Virus record (IMG/VR): IMGVR_UViG_3300018476_000013
Coordinates: 14,301 to 78,300 of that record
Length of the DNA: 64,000 nt
Direction: 5' to 3' (one strand)
Origin: a virus
The position numbers and the translations under genes were made by a program. Positions 35,801 to 46,139 of the stretch are shown one piece after another (positions within the stretch are counted from its first letter, which is position 1; each line of letters opens with the position of its first letter). The notes under the pieces were generated by a model that was not told the origin of the DNA, searched no databases, and was given only the letters and a program-made list of their open reading frames with translations.

Positions 35801-38800
35801 GTTCAATGGTGTCACGCAAATCAATCTTGGAAGGCAGCCTATTGCAGGCGACGTAATATCGATTGCGTGGGACAGCGGGGCAGAGAAATTTTGGGCTCGG
35901 ATCAACGCGCTCCCTTGGAATAATAACGTAGCGGCTGATCCGGCAACAGGAGCTAATGGATTAGATGCGTCAGTTGCCATCGCTGGCGATTGGGCGCTTT
36001 GGTTTCAGAGTGGTGTCGCTTCTTCCGCCGGGACCATCCGCACCGAGAAGGATGAATTTACTCAGAGCACACCGGCAGGCTTCCTGTCATGGATGGGCGA
36101 GACCCTTGTCATTCCTGACATGGGCACCTTGGTTTCTGGTGCTGCATCCATCACTGGTGTCGGCGACGTTACATGGGCGGGGACAGGTAACCTTGCTCCG
36201 CAACCTAGTACAGTCATTGGATTAGCTGCTTCCCGTTCAACCGGCACTGGTGCGTTGGTGGCGGTTGGATATACGCGTACCAATCTACTCGCTCGCTCAC
36301 AAGAATTCGACATGTGGGCGGCTGAGAATGCGCTTCGCACAGGCAATACGACGACAGCGCCTGATAGCACGTTGACGGCAGATACGCTATCGGACGGCGT
36401 GGCCACCGGCACACATTACCTCTATCAACAAAATCTTCCTGCAACAAGTGGGGCGAATTATACATTCTCTGTTTACCTGAAGGCGGGCACCCTTAATTGG
36501 GCGCAGGTGATGCTCATCACACCCAATGTGCGTTGGGCAAACTTCGATCTTTCAACAGGCACGCTTGGACAGAAAGAATCCGCAGCCGTCACTGCGTCCC
36601 GTACCTATGTTAGTGATGGATGGTGGCGTTGTTCTGTTACCGCTACCCTGCAAGCCGGTACTAACTACATCGGCGGCTTCATTGCCCTGAAACAGGCAGA
36701 TGTTGTTTTCTCCCAGCAACACACTGGCACTGGCGCGACCTTCTATGCTTGGGGCGCACAGCTTGAGCGGGGTGATGTCGCGACGGCGTACATTCCAACA
36801 ACAACCGCCGCCGTCACTATTTCAGAAACACTCATTGGCACCGGCACCGTAAGCTGGAATGCAACTGGTGCGTTGAAATCTGGCGAATCCCGCACCAACT
36901 ACTTGGTGCAATCGCAAGCCCTCGCGTTCTATCCGCCGTGGAATACGCTGCGTCTCGTCGTCACCGACAACGTCGTAGCTGCGCCAGACGCGACGATGAC
37001 AGCGGAAAAGCTAGCCGACACTGCCGTCAACGATTCGCATTACCTGATGCAATACGTGGACACGGTTGCAGAGACCTACACGTACTCATTTTTCTTCAAG
37101 AACAACGATCACACCGGCTGGGTGCAGTTATCATCAGGCGGTGGTTGGGCGAACTTCAACATCGCGACTGGTGTTACAGGTTTAAAAGTCGGAGTGACCT
37201 CGGCAATCGAGCCGCTGGCAGATGGTTGGTATCGTTGTTCGATAACCGGCGCGATGCCGGGGGGCTCGTCAATCAACTTCAACATTTACCTGATGCTAGC
37301 TGACGTTTCGTCGCGGCTCTACCTTGGAAGCGGTAAATCAATTTATGCGTGGGGCGGTCAGATAGAGCGCACGCCTGCTCCGACAGCTTACATTCCGACA
37401 ACAACTGCACCTGTAACTATCGGCAATTCACCACTTCTAACTGGTGCTGGTGTCGTCACTACACCACCTGCTTATGGTACGGGCGCACTGACCACGAGCA
37501 TTGCTGGTCTTGCTGGACTAGGTATCTCCAGTTCGGTTGGCACGGCGCCATTGGTTGCGGCAGGAAAGACCCGCATCAATCATTTCTTGTACTCGCAACA
37601 GTTTGATATCGGCACATGGACGAAGGCCGCTAGTGTCATCACTGCTGAAAATGCGATTGCACCAGATAACACGCTGACGGCAGATCTTCTGACGGATACC
37701 GTTGCGAGTGCTAACCACTACATGATGCAAAGCGGCGTCGGTTTTACGGCGCCAATAGGCACCAACACATATTCGATTTACATCAAATCAAAGACGTTGA
37801 CATGGATACAGCTACGGGTCTCTGACATAGATACCTTCTGGGTCAACTTCAATATCGTCACTGGTGCGAAAGGGCTAGACTCGGCGAATGGTCTTACGAC
37901 AATTATCACGCCGGTAGGCAATGGCTGGTATCGTTGTTCGGTAACATTTCCGCATCCTCAAACTAACTGGAATGCGAATTGTTTCGTCATCATGCAGGTG
38001 GCGGATGAACCGATATCCAATTTTGTCGGCACCGGATTGTCAGCCTGGTTGTGGGGTGCGCAATTTGAATTGGGCGGGCAAGTCACCGCTTACATACCGA
38101 CAATAAACTCAGTTGTATCTGTCACTGATGTCTTGACTGGTGTTGGCCTCATAGACAACACGGGCACTGGTGTCCTGGTTGTCACGCAGCCCGCTACACT
38201 CAGTGGCGAGGGCGGCATACAGTGGAATGCTACTGGTGTGCTGGCATCCCATCCAGCAACCGTGGTCGGTGTCGGCAAAGCTGTTGATCCTCCGACCACC
38301 GGCACTGGCGCACTGATATCACTGGGTATTGCTGCGGTCGCAGGCACTGGTACATCGGCATCGATTGGTGGATCGATCGCCAATGATCTTGTGATCTATG
38401 GCGGCACCAAGAACCAATATACATGGGGCAGGACTAGTGTCAGCGGCATTGGGCAGGTCTTTATCGCTACCGGTCCGGTGATCACACAAGTAACGCCGTA
38501 TATCGGGAAAGTCCTTACGCCGACCGACTCAGTAGTGGTGAAGCTTTATACTTCGGCTGGTGGTTTACCAGGGACATTGCTCGGTACTTCAGATCCGATC
38601 CTCGGATCAGACCTGCCAAATTCTAATTCATTGCCGGTGACGTTTACGTTCCCGACGCCGATCCCAGTCCAGAATGGCACTTCATACGTCGTTACATTCA
38701 CGCGCACGGGCGCGTTCGATGCCAACGGTTATTATCTGAATGGCTACGTCTCCTCCAGTATTTATGCTGGCGGCGGAATGATAACGATGAGCAGCGGCTC

Positions 38801-41174
38801 GTGGACCACGAGCGCCTCTATTTATGATACCTGGACAACCATCAGCCAATCCTACACCAAGGGATTGGTGCCGAGCGATGCTACGATAACTGCCCCTGGT
38901 GGTTTCGTAGAATACATTGCGACCGGCGCACTTGTTAATGACCCCGCTGTTATCGAGTCGATTGGTTCTGTCATTGATGGTCCCGCGCATGGCACGGGCG
39001 TACTGGTCAATCTCGGGATAGCCAATGTCGTTGGCGTTGCTATTTCGGGTTCAGTTGGTGCGCCTAACCTGCAGCCATCCAACTCGGTTGCATCAGGCGC
39101 GGGTGTCACCAAGGTTGATGGCAGTGCCGTACTGACTTCATCGAATGCCGCTGTTAATTCAGTTGGTCTTGTCCGCGATATCATCAAGGGTCCTGGTGTT
39201 CTAGCCGCTGGTGCTTCGGCGCTGACAGCATTGGGCACGGCCATGACGCCCGCCAAGGGCGATGGCGTTCTTGTTGTTACGGCACTTGCTGTTGTTCAAG
39301 GTAACGGCATTGTCGAATGGAATGTCACCGGCACGGGTGCACTGACTAACACCGATCCTTCGGTTTTGATTGCCCAGGGTAAATCAGAAACCAGGGGCAC
39401 TGGTGCTCTCACATCGACATCAACGATTGTTGGTGGTGGTTTCATTCGATGGATTGTCACCGGTGCTCTAGTTCAGAGCCGGCCAACTATTACTGCTCCT
39501 GGCGTATCGCGTTCGATTGGTTCTGGCGCATTCGTTGTTTCTAATACAGCCGCCGTCAGTGGTCTTGGTTCGGTATTCTCTGGCGTCAGTGGCATCGGCA
39601 CGCTGACATCGTTTGCCACACTGTCTGCGATAGGTCGCTCAGAGTCGAAGGGTGTTAGTGTTCTGACATCTTCGGCGGTATCTGTGACGGGTGTCTCCAC
39701 TTCCCTCTCATCCGGCGCTGCTGTTTTAACTGATCTGCCATCTGTCCTTGCGGCATCCGGCAAATCGATATTCGCAGCTACTGGTTCGTTGGCTGATCAA
39801 CCAGCCAGCATCAGTGGTGTTGGTTCTGCAAGATGGTTGGCGTCGGGCACATTGCCCGCACCTGCCGCGACATTGACGGCCTTGGGTGCTTCGAGGTGGT
39901 CGGGCATCGGTATACTGACCCCGGCTTTGGCTGCGGTAACGGGCTCTGGTATTGGGCAGGCCATCGGTGCTGGTGTTTTGCCAGCAGCCCCCTCTACAAT
40001 CGTAAGCTTCGAGGGTGTTACCGTCATCTCTGGTACAGGCACTTTGCAAGTTGGTGCCTCGGCTGTCACTGGTTCTGCTTATTCAATCTGGAGGGGGACA
40101 GGTTCTCTAATCAGTACAGCCAGCATCCTGGCGGGTGTGGGTGGATCTATCTGGAGGATGTCCGGGGCACTGGTCCCGGCTCCGGCAGTGGTGGCGGCCA
40201 CCGGTATTGGCGCCGTTCAGGGCACTGCCCCATTGTTGGCGGCTCGGTCTACGGTCTACGGTTACGAAGGCGTCAGCGTAATAACGGGCACGGGTGCCCT
40301 ACAATCCCAGTCCTATCTGGCTACGGGCCTTGGCTTTAGCCGCACCAGCGGGGCCGGCACGTTGACTGAGGCCCCATTCGGGGTGGTGGGTGAGGGGCTG
40401 ATCCAATCCACCGGCGCTGGCGTGCTGCTGGATGTCCAATCGGCCCTGAGTGGAACCGGTCTATCAGCCACTGGGGGCTCGGGTGTCCTGGGTTCCACGG
40501 CCACGGTCAGTGGTTCTGGCCAGGCCCAGTGGCTCGGATCTGGCGTTCTAACCTCGGATATTGCTGGGCTGGTCGCGGCAGCCGTTTCCGGTTCTCGGGG
40601 TGTGGCTCCCCTGGGTGTTGGTCTCTCGACCCTATCTGCCATTGGTCAAAGCGATGTCAAGGGCACGGCGGCACTAACATCCTCTTCGGCCATCATGATT
40701 GGCTTTGCCAATCTGGTCTCTTCCGGCGCTGGTGTGCTGGTCGCTGAAGATCATGTCGTAGAGGGTTCTGGTCTTCAGTTCGCCAGTGGTTGGGGTCAAC
40801 TATATTCTTATCGGTTTGAAATCGAGGGCCTTGGTCAGACCTGGAATACTGGTGTCGGAAATCTGATCAGCCATTACCCGGCATTGATGCTGGGCCGTGG
40901 TGCTGTTTCATCGAATGCGATTGGTGTTCTGCAAGCCGGGACTGCAAAGATCGTCGGTGGCAGTATCCAGACCACTGGCCTTGGTGTTCTGCTTGCTCAA
41001 CGGAGCACCATCCATGGTGTCGGTTATGTTGAAACGATCACTCCGCCTGTAGAAGGCGAATGGGTTCCTACACCATTGCCACCCAGCTACCATGGTGTTG
41101 CGTCATGGGGTGGTGCATCTATGGTTAGGCCCTGGGTCAATCCCGGCATCCAGCCGTGGCGTAGGGTAGGATAA
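32850..41174 (+). CDS. giant (2774 aa) multi-domain virion spike/fibre adhesin
   Basis: 3 GQ(V/T)F repeats, Asp-box SSTDHGATWS, 2 SPRY-like domains, 3 RTN..WG(A/G)Q(L/I/F)E..TAYIPT domains, long G/S/A/T/V stalk. Confidence 0.85.
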   Translation: MPLPVTITGISTAVAPVGPFAVAPKMGPLVISTALGNLITSMGSSANGTERVGQVFTVGENGGSLASAQLFLQKVGAPTDNIVVNVYKADAAGLIPTGASLATASVLASTVVNGSWITFTFATPLALTANTKYVLTAQRSGAINTSNYVSWYGGADTYPGGYYCVYYSTTGKWTTETPYFNGHCMLLQLFDAGVGTSTLITTTVATALTPFGNAARPQVGQTFTTTGDLSITKIGFRLRRTSGNTTDQIAVDIYATDAGGLPTGPSLGRAAGPTKWISTSRSDEYSFWFDAPIALVAGKYAAVLSRTGSTDEANYFNLLGASTDVYAGGSLVSFNGTSWSATASSDGALKITYLTVPTYYLFGFNDIGGSDGRRLVTLKADDPSSEWTLINSLPTIGNTPIYQMAGYQVGGVFHILLSQSGSPTINDVRYCKWDSATDSWAVNNETVVANVSMTGTTFAQSNGVSLVVRSTGDVVAFYNGASSNTSGKPYCRLYYRIRSNAGTWGTAVRVDANTAFDNTSPEAVLGASDIVHFLWAISSSMQHRALSAANALQTASTYSITSWAPEQAISYSSAGVTKVVAVSTNAANRNTAVRFDSGLTPTLAGTSTGNNANARTPSRIFNNGETLHVLELLTTASDLNITSSTDHGATWSAHMVAFAGTVATSSTNLSKDATIYQRDNNFVIPYLVNDNGIWKYNEYDVTPPTVDAWNRADKSANITLSNADKTAIVSATGASGVHSTQTQMSATAGKYYAELKVEAVGGQLGMQMTATDETNAGFANSYYVGTDGRIWSSTQVVGTVGSALVAGDVVCLATDFGAKLYWFKKNNDFWNNSATADPATGVGGLASYGSAFPFSLWFGGGAIGSGATIRTELADLTLQGPAGFTTWMGEVIPLPSIADAWNVNDVGVDVSQNLSNGDKTVTATGAGTGAARSTQKRVNGQAGLYYAECRVDQPYLRFGLKLVTSAIASQTADALYVSDQGLVLFNGVTQINLGRQPIAGDVISIAWDSGAEKFWARINALPWNNNVAADPATGANGLDASVAIAGDWALWFQSGVASSAGTIRTEKDEFTQSTPAGFLSWMGETLVIPDMGTLVSGAASITGVGDVTWAGTGNLAPQPSTVIGLAASRSTGTGALVAVGYTRTNLLARSQEFDMWAAENALRTGNTTTAPDSTLTADTLSDGVATGTHYLYQQNLPATSGANYTFSVYLKAGTLNWAQVMLITPNVRWANFDLSTGTLGQKESAAVTASRTYVSDGWWRCSVTATLQAGTNYIGGFIALKQADVVFSQQHTGTGATFYAWGAQLERGDVATAYIPTTTAAVTISETLIGTGTVSWNATGALKSGESRTNYLVQSQALAFYPPWNTLRLVVTDNVVAAPDATMTAEKLADTAVNDSHYLMQYVDTVAETYTYSFFFKNNDHTGWVQLSSGGGWANFNIATGVTGLKVGVTSAIEPLADGWYRCSITGAMPGGSSINFNIYLMLADVSSRLYLGSGKSIYAWGGQIERTPAPTAYIPTTTAPVTIGNSPLLTGAGVVTTPPAYGTGALTTSIAGLAGLGISSSVGTAPLVAAGKTRINHFLYSQQFDIGTWTKAASVITAENAIAPDNTLTADLLTDTVASANHYMMQSGVGFTAPIGTNTYSIYIKSKTLTWIQLRVSDIDTFWVNFNIVTGAKGLDSANGLTTIITPVGNGWYRCSVTFPHPQTNWNANCFVIMQVADEPISNFVGTGLSAWLWGAQFELGGQVTAYIPTINSVVSVTDVLTGVGLIDNTGTGVLVVTQPATLSGEGGIQWNATGVLASHPATVVGVGKAVDPPTTGTGALISLGIAAVAGTGTSASIGGSIANDLVIYGGTKNQYTWGRTSVSGIGQVFIATGPVITQVTPYIGKVLTPTDSVVVKLYTSAGGLPGTLLGTSDPILGSDLPNSNSLPVTFTFPTPIPVQNGTSYVVTFTRTGAFDANGYYLNGYVSSSIYAGGGMITMSSGSWTTSASIYDTWTTISQSYTKGLVPSDATITAPGGFVEYIATGALVNDPAVIESIGSVIDGPAHGTGVLVNLGIANVVGVAISGSVGAPNLQPSNSVASGAGVTKVDGSAVLTSSNAAVNSVGLVRDIIKGPGVLAAGASALTALGTAMTPAKGDGVLVVTALAVVQGNGIVEWNVTGTGALTNTDPSVLIAQGKSETRGTGALTSTSTIVGGGFIRWIVTGALVQSRPTITAPGVSRSIGSGAFVVSNTAAVSGLGSVFSGVSGIGTLTSFATLSAIGRSESKGVSVLTSSAVSVTGVSTSLSSGAAVLTDLPSVLAASGKSIFAATGSLADQPASISGVGSARWLASGTLPAPAATLTALGASRWSGIGILTPALAAVTGSGIGQAIGAGVLPAAPSTIVSFEGVTVISGTGTLQVGASAVTGSAYSIWRGTGSLISTASILAGVGGSIWRMSGALVPAPAVVAATGIGAVQGTAPLLAARSTVYGYEGVSVITGTGALQSQSYLATGLGFSRTSGAGTLTEAPFGVVGEGLIQSTGAGVLLDVQSALSGTGLSATGGSGVLGSTATVSGSGQAQWLGSGVLTSDIAGLVAAAVSGSRGVAPLGVGLSTLSAIGQSDVKGTAALTSSSAIMIGFANLVSSGAGVLVAEDHVVEGSGLQFASGWGQLYSYRFEIEGLGQTWNTGVGNLISHYPALMLGRGAVSSNAIGVLQAGTAKIVGGSIQTTGLGVLLAQRSTIHGVGYVETITPPVEGEWVPTPLPPSYHGVASWGGASMVRPWVNPGIQPWRRVG

Positions 41175-41182
41175 TTGGATGC

Positions 41183-42607
41183 ATGGCAAAATCAAAAGCC
41201 AAGATGCGCGGTTATGTTGTTCTGCAGGAACCGCCTCCTGTTGAAGCATCCGATCCACTCGTGTGGATGGTTAATCGGCTGCGGACTGATGAAGAAAACC
41301 AACCACTGCAGGAAGGGATCTTTAGTAATTATAATGACGACATCGTTCTGGAAACGAACAGCAATACGCTTGTCGGTCGATATGATCCCGCGCGCGGACC
41401 CGCGCAAAGCCTGATCATCGGCGATGGCCTTCGGGTTGAAGATGGCACGTTGATCGGCGAAGGTGGTGGCGAGAAGGGTGATCCCGGTCCGCCAGGTCCT
41501 GTCGGCCCTGTTGGTCCCGCAGGTCCTGCTGGTGCGTCTTCGTCGATGTGGCTCTATCGTTTCGACAGCGCCACCTCTGCAATGGACCCTGGTGCTGGTC
41601 GGTTACGCTACAACCATGCTGATCCAACACAGGCAACGAGGATTTATTTTGACCGGCTGACGCAGGATGGTCTTGATCCGACCATCGCATTTACGACAGC
41701 GACATTCGACGACGAGTTCGTTATTCAACGGCGCGGACTATCGGCTCAGTACCAGACATGGAAAATGTTGGCGCCGGCGATTGATCGAACTGACTGGTTC
41801 GAGGTGTGGGTTCAGTTCGTCGATCAGACTGGTGCTCCTTTTTCTAACAATATGGAAATCACGACTATCCTGCGCACGCGGGGTCAGCGTGGTCCGGTTG
41901 GTCCGCAAGGCCCGCAGGGTATTCAAGGCGTTAAAGGAGACAAAGGCGATACCGGTCCGCAAGGTCCTGTTGGCGGCATGGGTCCGGTTGGTCCGCAAGG
42001 TCGCACTGGCGATACGGGACCACAAGGGCAGCAAGGTATTGTCGGACCGAAAGGCGACAAAGGAGATACGGGTTCTCAGGGCATCCAGGGTCTTAAGGGT
42101 GATCAGGGCATTCAAGGTACCAAAGGCGACAAGGGCGACAAAGGAGATAAGGGTGATACGGGCGACACCGGACCACAAGGACCCATCGGCGAAGGCTTGC
42201 TTGAAGAAGCACCTGCTGATGGAAAATATTACGCCCGCAAAGATCGAACGTGGGCTGAGTTCGAAGCCGGCGCCAATGTTGTCATCTCTGATGATCCGCC
42301 ACCTGATCCGAAAACTGGAGACCTTTGGTGGGACTCGACCGTTGGTGTCACGTTCATCTATTTCAATGATGGGACATCAAGCCAGTGGGTGGTCGCCATT
42401 CCCATGTCGCCAGCAGGTCCGATTGGACCGCAAGGCGTTAAAGGTGACCAGGGCATTCAAGGTGTTAAGGGCGACCAGGGCATTCAGGGTATGCAAGGGC
42501 CGCAGGGTGTTCAAGGTCCTCCTGGGCAATGGACACAGATCACACAGGCTGCATACAATGCACTAGCGCCGCCTGATCCAACAATGCTGTATGTGATCAT
42601 CGGATGA
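41183..42607 (+). CDS. collagen-like fibre protein with foldon-like motif
   Basis: Three Gly-X-Y tracts; EAPADGKYYARKDRTW; GDLWWDS. Confidence 0.88.
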   Translation: MAKSKAKMRGYVVLQEPPPVEASDPLVWMVNRLRTDEENQPLQEGIFSNYNDDIVLETNSNTLVGRYDPARGPAQSLIIGDGLRVEDGTLIGEGGGEKGDPGPPGPVGPVGPAGPAGASSSMWLYRFDSATSAMDPGAGRLRYNHADPTQATRIYFDRLTQDGLDPTIAFTTATFDDEFVIQRRGLSAQYQTWKMLAPAIDRTDWFEVWVQFVDQTGAPFSNNMEITTILRTRGQRGPVGPQGPQGIQGVKGDKGDTGPQGPVGGMGPVGPQGRTGDTGPQGQQGIVGPKGDKGDTGSQGIQGLKGDQGIQGTKGDKGDKGDKGDTGDTGPQGPIGEGLLEEAPADGKYYARKDRTWAEFEAGANVVISDDPPPDPKTGDLWWDSTVGVTFIYFNDGTSSQWVVAIPMSPAGPIGPQGVKGDQGIQGVKGDQGIQGMQGPQGVQGPPGQWTQITQAAYNALAPPDPTMLYVIIG

Positions 42608-42614
42608 TCATCGA

Positions 42615-44519
42615 ATGGTAGAAATAAATGCAGCGGATAAGATCGTTCTCGGTGGCGCACAAGCCAGCGCGGTCTTCCTTGGCTCGACCAAGGTATGGCC
42701 GCTATTCACTCCAAAGAAAATCAGCGGCTGCGTAATCTGGCTGGATGCTTCAAGGATTTATTTGGCGGATGGCGCAGTAGTAAATACTTGGACTAATCTC
42801 GGCAGTGGTCCCCAACCCACGATCACCAATACACCAGCTCCGACGTTTCGTAAGTTCGCGTTGAATGGTCTGCCGGTAGTGAGGATCACGAAAGACCAAG
42901 GTTGTTTGCGGATTACGGGCACGGGCATCACTAAGGACTGGACGACCATTTATGTTGCACGGCGTTGGCGCAATACACCAGGCCGTGTCGTCACAGCGAT
43001 GGCTGGCACCAACCAGAACATATTGATCGGTTTCTGGGATCAGTACATGGATTGCGCCTTCAGTGAAGGTTGGTACGGTACTGATCCAGTGAGTGGTGGT
43101 AGTGCTACAACATGGAAGCTGTATTCGGCGGATAGTGCTACACCAACACTAGCACCTCGTTTGTTTTCTAATGGCGTGTTGTTAAGCACACATCCAACAC
43201 CACCATCTACTGCAACATGGGCTGGCACTTTTAACATCAGCGGTTCAGGTCCAACTGAATATGCTGATTGTGAGATTGCTGAAGTGGTGCAGTATAATCG
43301 CAAGCTATCCGATGCTGAACGCCAACAGGTCGAAGGTTATTTACGCACTAAGTGGAACCCGCCGCCGTTCCAGTTGACTGACCTTGGCGCAAATTTGGTT
43401 GGGTGGTTCGATGGTGCAGATGCTGCCACACTGCAACTTGCCGGCAGTGGTGTGAACCAATGGACAAACAAAGGCGTCGGCGGACTGACACTGATACAAA
43501 GCAATGATGCTTACAGGCCGACCTACGCTAACCAGACAATCACGATACCAAATTCGAAATCCTTTGTGGCTGCTAATGCGCCCTCGAGTTTTGATATTGT
43601 GTGGCTTGGCAAACCAAGACTACCTGTTGATGGTAATGACTGGCGGACACTCTTACGCGGCACCACTTCATCGCATCATGTGATCCTTGAGAACACTAGC
43701 TTGCGGTTGGGTACTTACAATGCTGGTTACTTCGCAGCGGTAGGTGCTAAGGTTAGTCCAAGCAACATGACATCGGACAACGTACCGTCGCCGTACGTTG
43801 CTTCTCAATCAGAAACCTATGCCGGTTACCCGGCATATTTATCATTCGACGGAAACATCCTTTCGCATTCACATAGTGCCGTGCCGGTACTGACACGGCC
43901 TTACTGGATCAAGATTGACCTTGGCTCCTCTCGCTTTGTCAGTCAGTATAATTATCAGGCCCGTGATACGAGTGGCGGTGGCACCGTTCCTTATCAACAA
44001 TGGAAGAGTTGGACGTTTGAAGGATCGAATGATAACTCGACCTGGACTTTGGTCGATACTGTTTCGAACGTGCCAGATTTCACACTGAGTGAGAAACGAA
44101 CATATCCGCTCGATGTGCCAGCCAGTTTTCGTTACTGGAGATGGACCGTCACACTGGCCACTGGTTTTTCTGAACCATATGCAGCTTCGGCAGAACTTGA
44201 GCTCCATGAAGGCCTGACATGGGGGAATGTTTGGGGGATTGGCGCAGGGTCCTTTGGTGCAAGCCCTGTTACGTTGTCCCGTGATGGTGGGGCCATGACT
44301 AACACCAACACAACACTGACCCCTGCCGATGTGCCGTTCATTTCCTTTGGTGCTTATCAAAGCACGCCACCGAGTCAGGGTTGGGGTGATTTGAAAGAGG
44401 TCGTTCTTCTGTCGTACAATTCGATGGCCATCAGAACGGTTGAAGGCTACCTCGCTCATAAATGGGGATACGCTAGTTTGCTTCCAGCCAATCATCTCTA
44501 CAAGAGCACGCCGCCATGA
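42615..44519 (+). CDS. LamG-like / discoidin (F5/8 type C) domain virion protein
   Basis: WLDAS, EIAEVVQYNRKLSDAERQQVEGYL, WIKIDLG..WTFEGSND..WT. Confidence 0.8.
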   Translation: MVEINAADKIVLGGAQASAVFLGSTKVWPLFTPKKISGCVIWLDASRIYLADGAVVNTWTNLGSGPQPTITNTPAPTFRKFALNGLPVVRITKDQGCLRITGTGITKDWTTIYVARRWRNTPGRVVTAMAGTNQNILIGFWDQYMDCAFSEGWYGTDPVSGGSATTWKLYSADSATPTLAPRLFSNGVLLSTHPTPPSTATWAGTFNISGSGPTEYADCEIAEVVQYNRKLSDAERQQVEGYLRTKWNPPPFQLTDLGANLVGWFDGADAATLQLAGSGVNQWTNKGVGGLTLIQSNDAYRPTYANQTITIPNSKSFVAANAPSSFDIVWLGKPRLPVDGNDWRTLLRGTTSSHHVILENTSLRLGTYNAGYFAAVGAKVSPSNMTSDNVPSPYVASQSETYAGYPAYLSFDGNILSHSHSAVPVLTRPYWIKIDLGSSRFVSQYNYQARDTSGGGTVPYQQWKSWTFEGSNDNSTWTLVDTVSNVPDFTLSEKRTYPLDVPASFRYWRWTVTLATGFSEPYAASAELELHEGLTWGNVWGIGAGSFGASPVTLSRDGGAMTNTNTTLTPADVPFISFGAYQSTPPSQGWGDLKEVVLLSYNSMAIRTVEGYLAHKWGYASLLPANHLYKSTPP

Positions 44520-45640
44520 TGAATTTTCCTGAAGCACCGACCATCGGTCAGCAATACCCAGCAGCACCAGCGCCACCCAATTACATCTGGGATGGCGAGA
44601 AATGGGGTCCGCCTGGTTATGCTCATGTTCATGTCGAGCGGGCGGGCGATACGATGTCAGGTCCCCTGGTGTTGCCAGCGGCACCGGCACCCGTCGCAGC
44701 CAATGCGGTACGCAAGGATTATGTGGACGCTGCAATAGCCGGAATTCCGACACCAGATCTTTCGAGCAAGGTATCGAAGACCGGTGATACCATGACCGGT
44801 AGACTAACTATCAATTCTGGTGGGTTGATCATCTCTGCTGGTGGATACAACGTTAACGGAAATAGCCGCATCCAACCGGCAGCAAACGGTGATGCCTTAA
44901 TTGTTACTGATACCACGGGGACCAGGTATTTTGTTTTCACTCCCGAGTCTGCTGCAAACACTGCTACGTTTGGATATTATGCAGGTGGAGCAGGTTGGGG
45001 CTCTTTATCCCTCCAGGGTACTTGGAATTTTGGTAACGTAAATTTCACTGGTGCTGTTAATTCCAGCAACAAGATAACAGCACCCAACAGCGGTTATCTA
45101 GGCGCCGCAGGTGCTTCGAGTGCACTCGAAATCGGGAGTGGTGACGGCGGGGACTGGGCTTCGATAGCTTACCACATTCACGGCAAGTTCGGTTGCAATG
45201 TTGGCATGAACGCGAACGGCCATATGTACATGGGTGGTTGGTCGCACGGCACAAGTACTTGGTACAAGTTCTGGACGACACGAGATTTCAATTACACGCC
45301 GCAACCCAATCTTGGTTTCACGCCAGTGCAACAGAGCGGCGGATCATACCAAGCCGGCAATAAAATCTATATCGGTTGGGATGGTGGCAGCCTTCGCGCA
45401 CAAGTTGATGGCAGCGATCTGGGCAGGTTTATTTTTGAAGCCCGTGCAGTGGTCGATGGCCGACTGGTTCACGCCGGCGATCCCGGTGTTCCTTACAATG
45501 GGATGTGGGAGCCTTATAGTGGCGCGGTCTTCACTGGTGCAGGTGGTTCGGCTCCTGTAGGATATTACGTCATTCAGACTTTCCGTTGCCGCTATATGCA
45601 ACTTTGTAATTCTGGTTGGTGGACGATTGGCTATGCCTAA
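44516..45640 (+). CDS. fibre protein (tail-fibre-like)
   Basis: GDTMSG, AVRKDYVD, GDTMTG, GFTPVQQ..NKIYIGW; C-terminus similar to 60500-62383. Confidence 0.8.
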   Translation: MMNFPEAPTIGQQYPAAPAPPNYIWDGEKWGPPGYAHVHVERAGDTMSGPLVLPAAPAPVAANAVRKDYVDAAIAGIPTPDLSSKVSKTGDTMTGRLTINSGGLIISAGGYNVNGNSRIQPAANGDALIVTDTTGTRYFVFTPESAANTATFGYYAGGAGWGSLSLQGTWNFGNVNFTGAVNSSNKITAPNSGYLGAAGASSALEIGSGDGGDWASIAYHIHGKFGCNVGMNANGHMYMGGWSHGTSTWYKFWTTRDFNYTPQPNLGFTPVQQSGGSYQAGNKIYIGWDGGSLRAQVDGSDLGRFIFEARAVVDGRLVHAGDPGVPYNGMWEPYSGAVFTGAGGSAPVGYYVIQTFRCRYMQLCNSGWWTIGYA

Positions 45641-46139
45641 TATTATCGATCACGGCACATGGGTCACTTACAAACCAGAGCGGTTACCAAGTAATGCGCC
45701 GCCAAATACGTTGTTCGCGCGGCGCGAAAGTGACGGCATGGACTGGTATGTCTATCTTCATTCAGGAAAGAATTTCAAGAAGGATACGGTCAAGCATGTG
45801 CTTGATACGAAAAGCGATGGCACAGTTGTAATCCGAGTATCGCATGTGGAAGCTGATCGGATCTTCCCCGCGGATTGTCGTCTCATTGAAATTGTAGATG
45901 TGATCCGTAAACAAGATGAGACTAATTTGATCGATGAATTTTGCAACAAGGAAATCGATCTTATTAGTGGACGCGTCGGAAAACTCTGGCAAGATCCGGA
46001 TCTTCCGAAAGCACTCAACGTGCAGATGCTTCTAGAAGATATCGTAACCCGATTAGGAAACCTGGAAAGGAAAGTTAATGGATCAAGCACAGCAGTTAAG
46101 CCAAAAGGTGGAAAAAGAAGTAAGGCAGTTGATCGGTGA
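45633..46139 (+). CDS. fibre assembly chaperone (putative)
   Basis: NIIDHGTW..LFARRESDGMDWY; paralog of 62380-62829. Confidence 0.7.
   Translation: MPNIIDHGTWVTYKPERLPSNAPPNTLFARRESDGMDWYVYLHSGKNFKKDTVKHVLDTKSDGTVVIRVSHVEADRIFPADCRLIEIVDVIRKQDETNLIDEFCNKEIDLISGRVGKLWQDPDLPKALNVQMLLEDIVTRLGNLERKVNGSSTAVKPKGGKRSKAVDR

Noticed and set aside
41667-42566. 299-aa alternative-frame ORF and DNA repeats in the collagen gene
   Set aside because: By-product of Gly-X-Y codon periodicity; not an array or an independent gene
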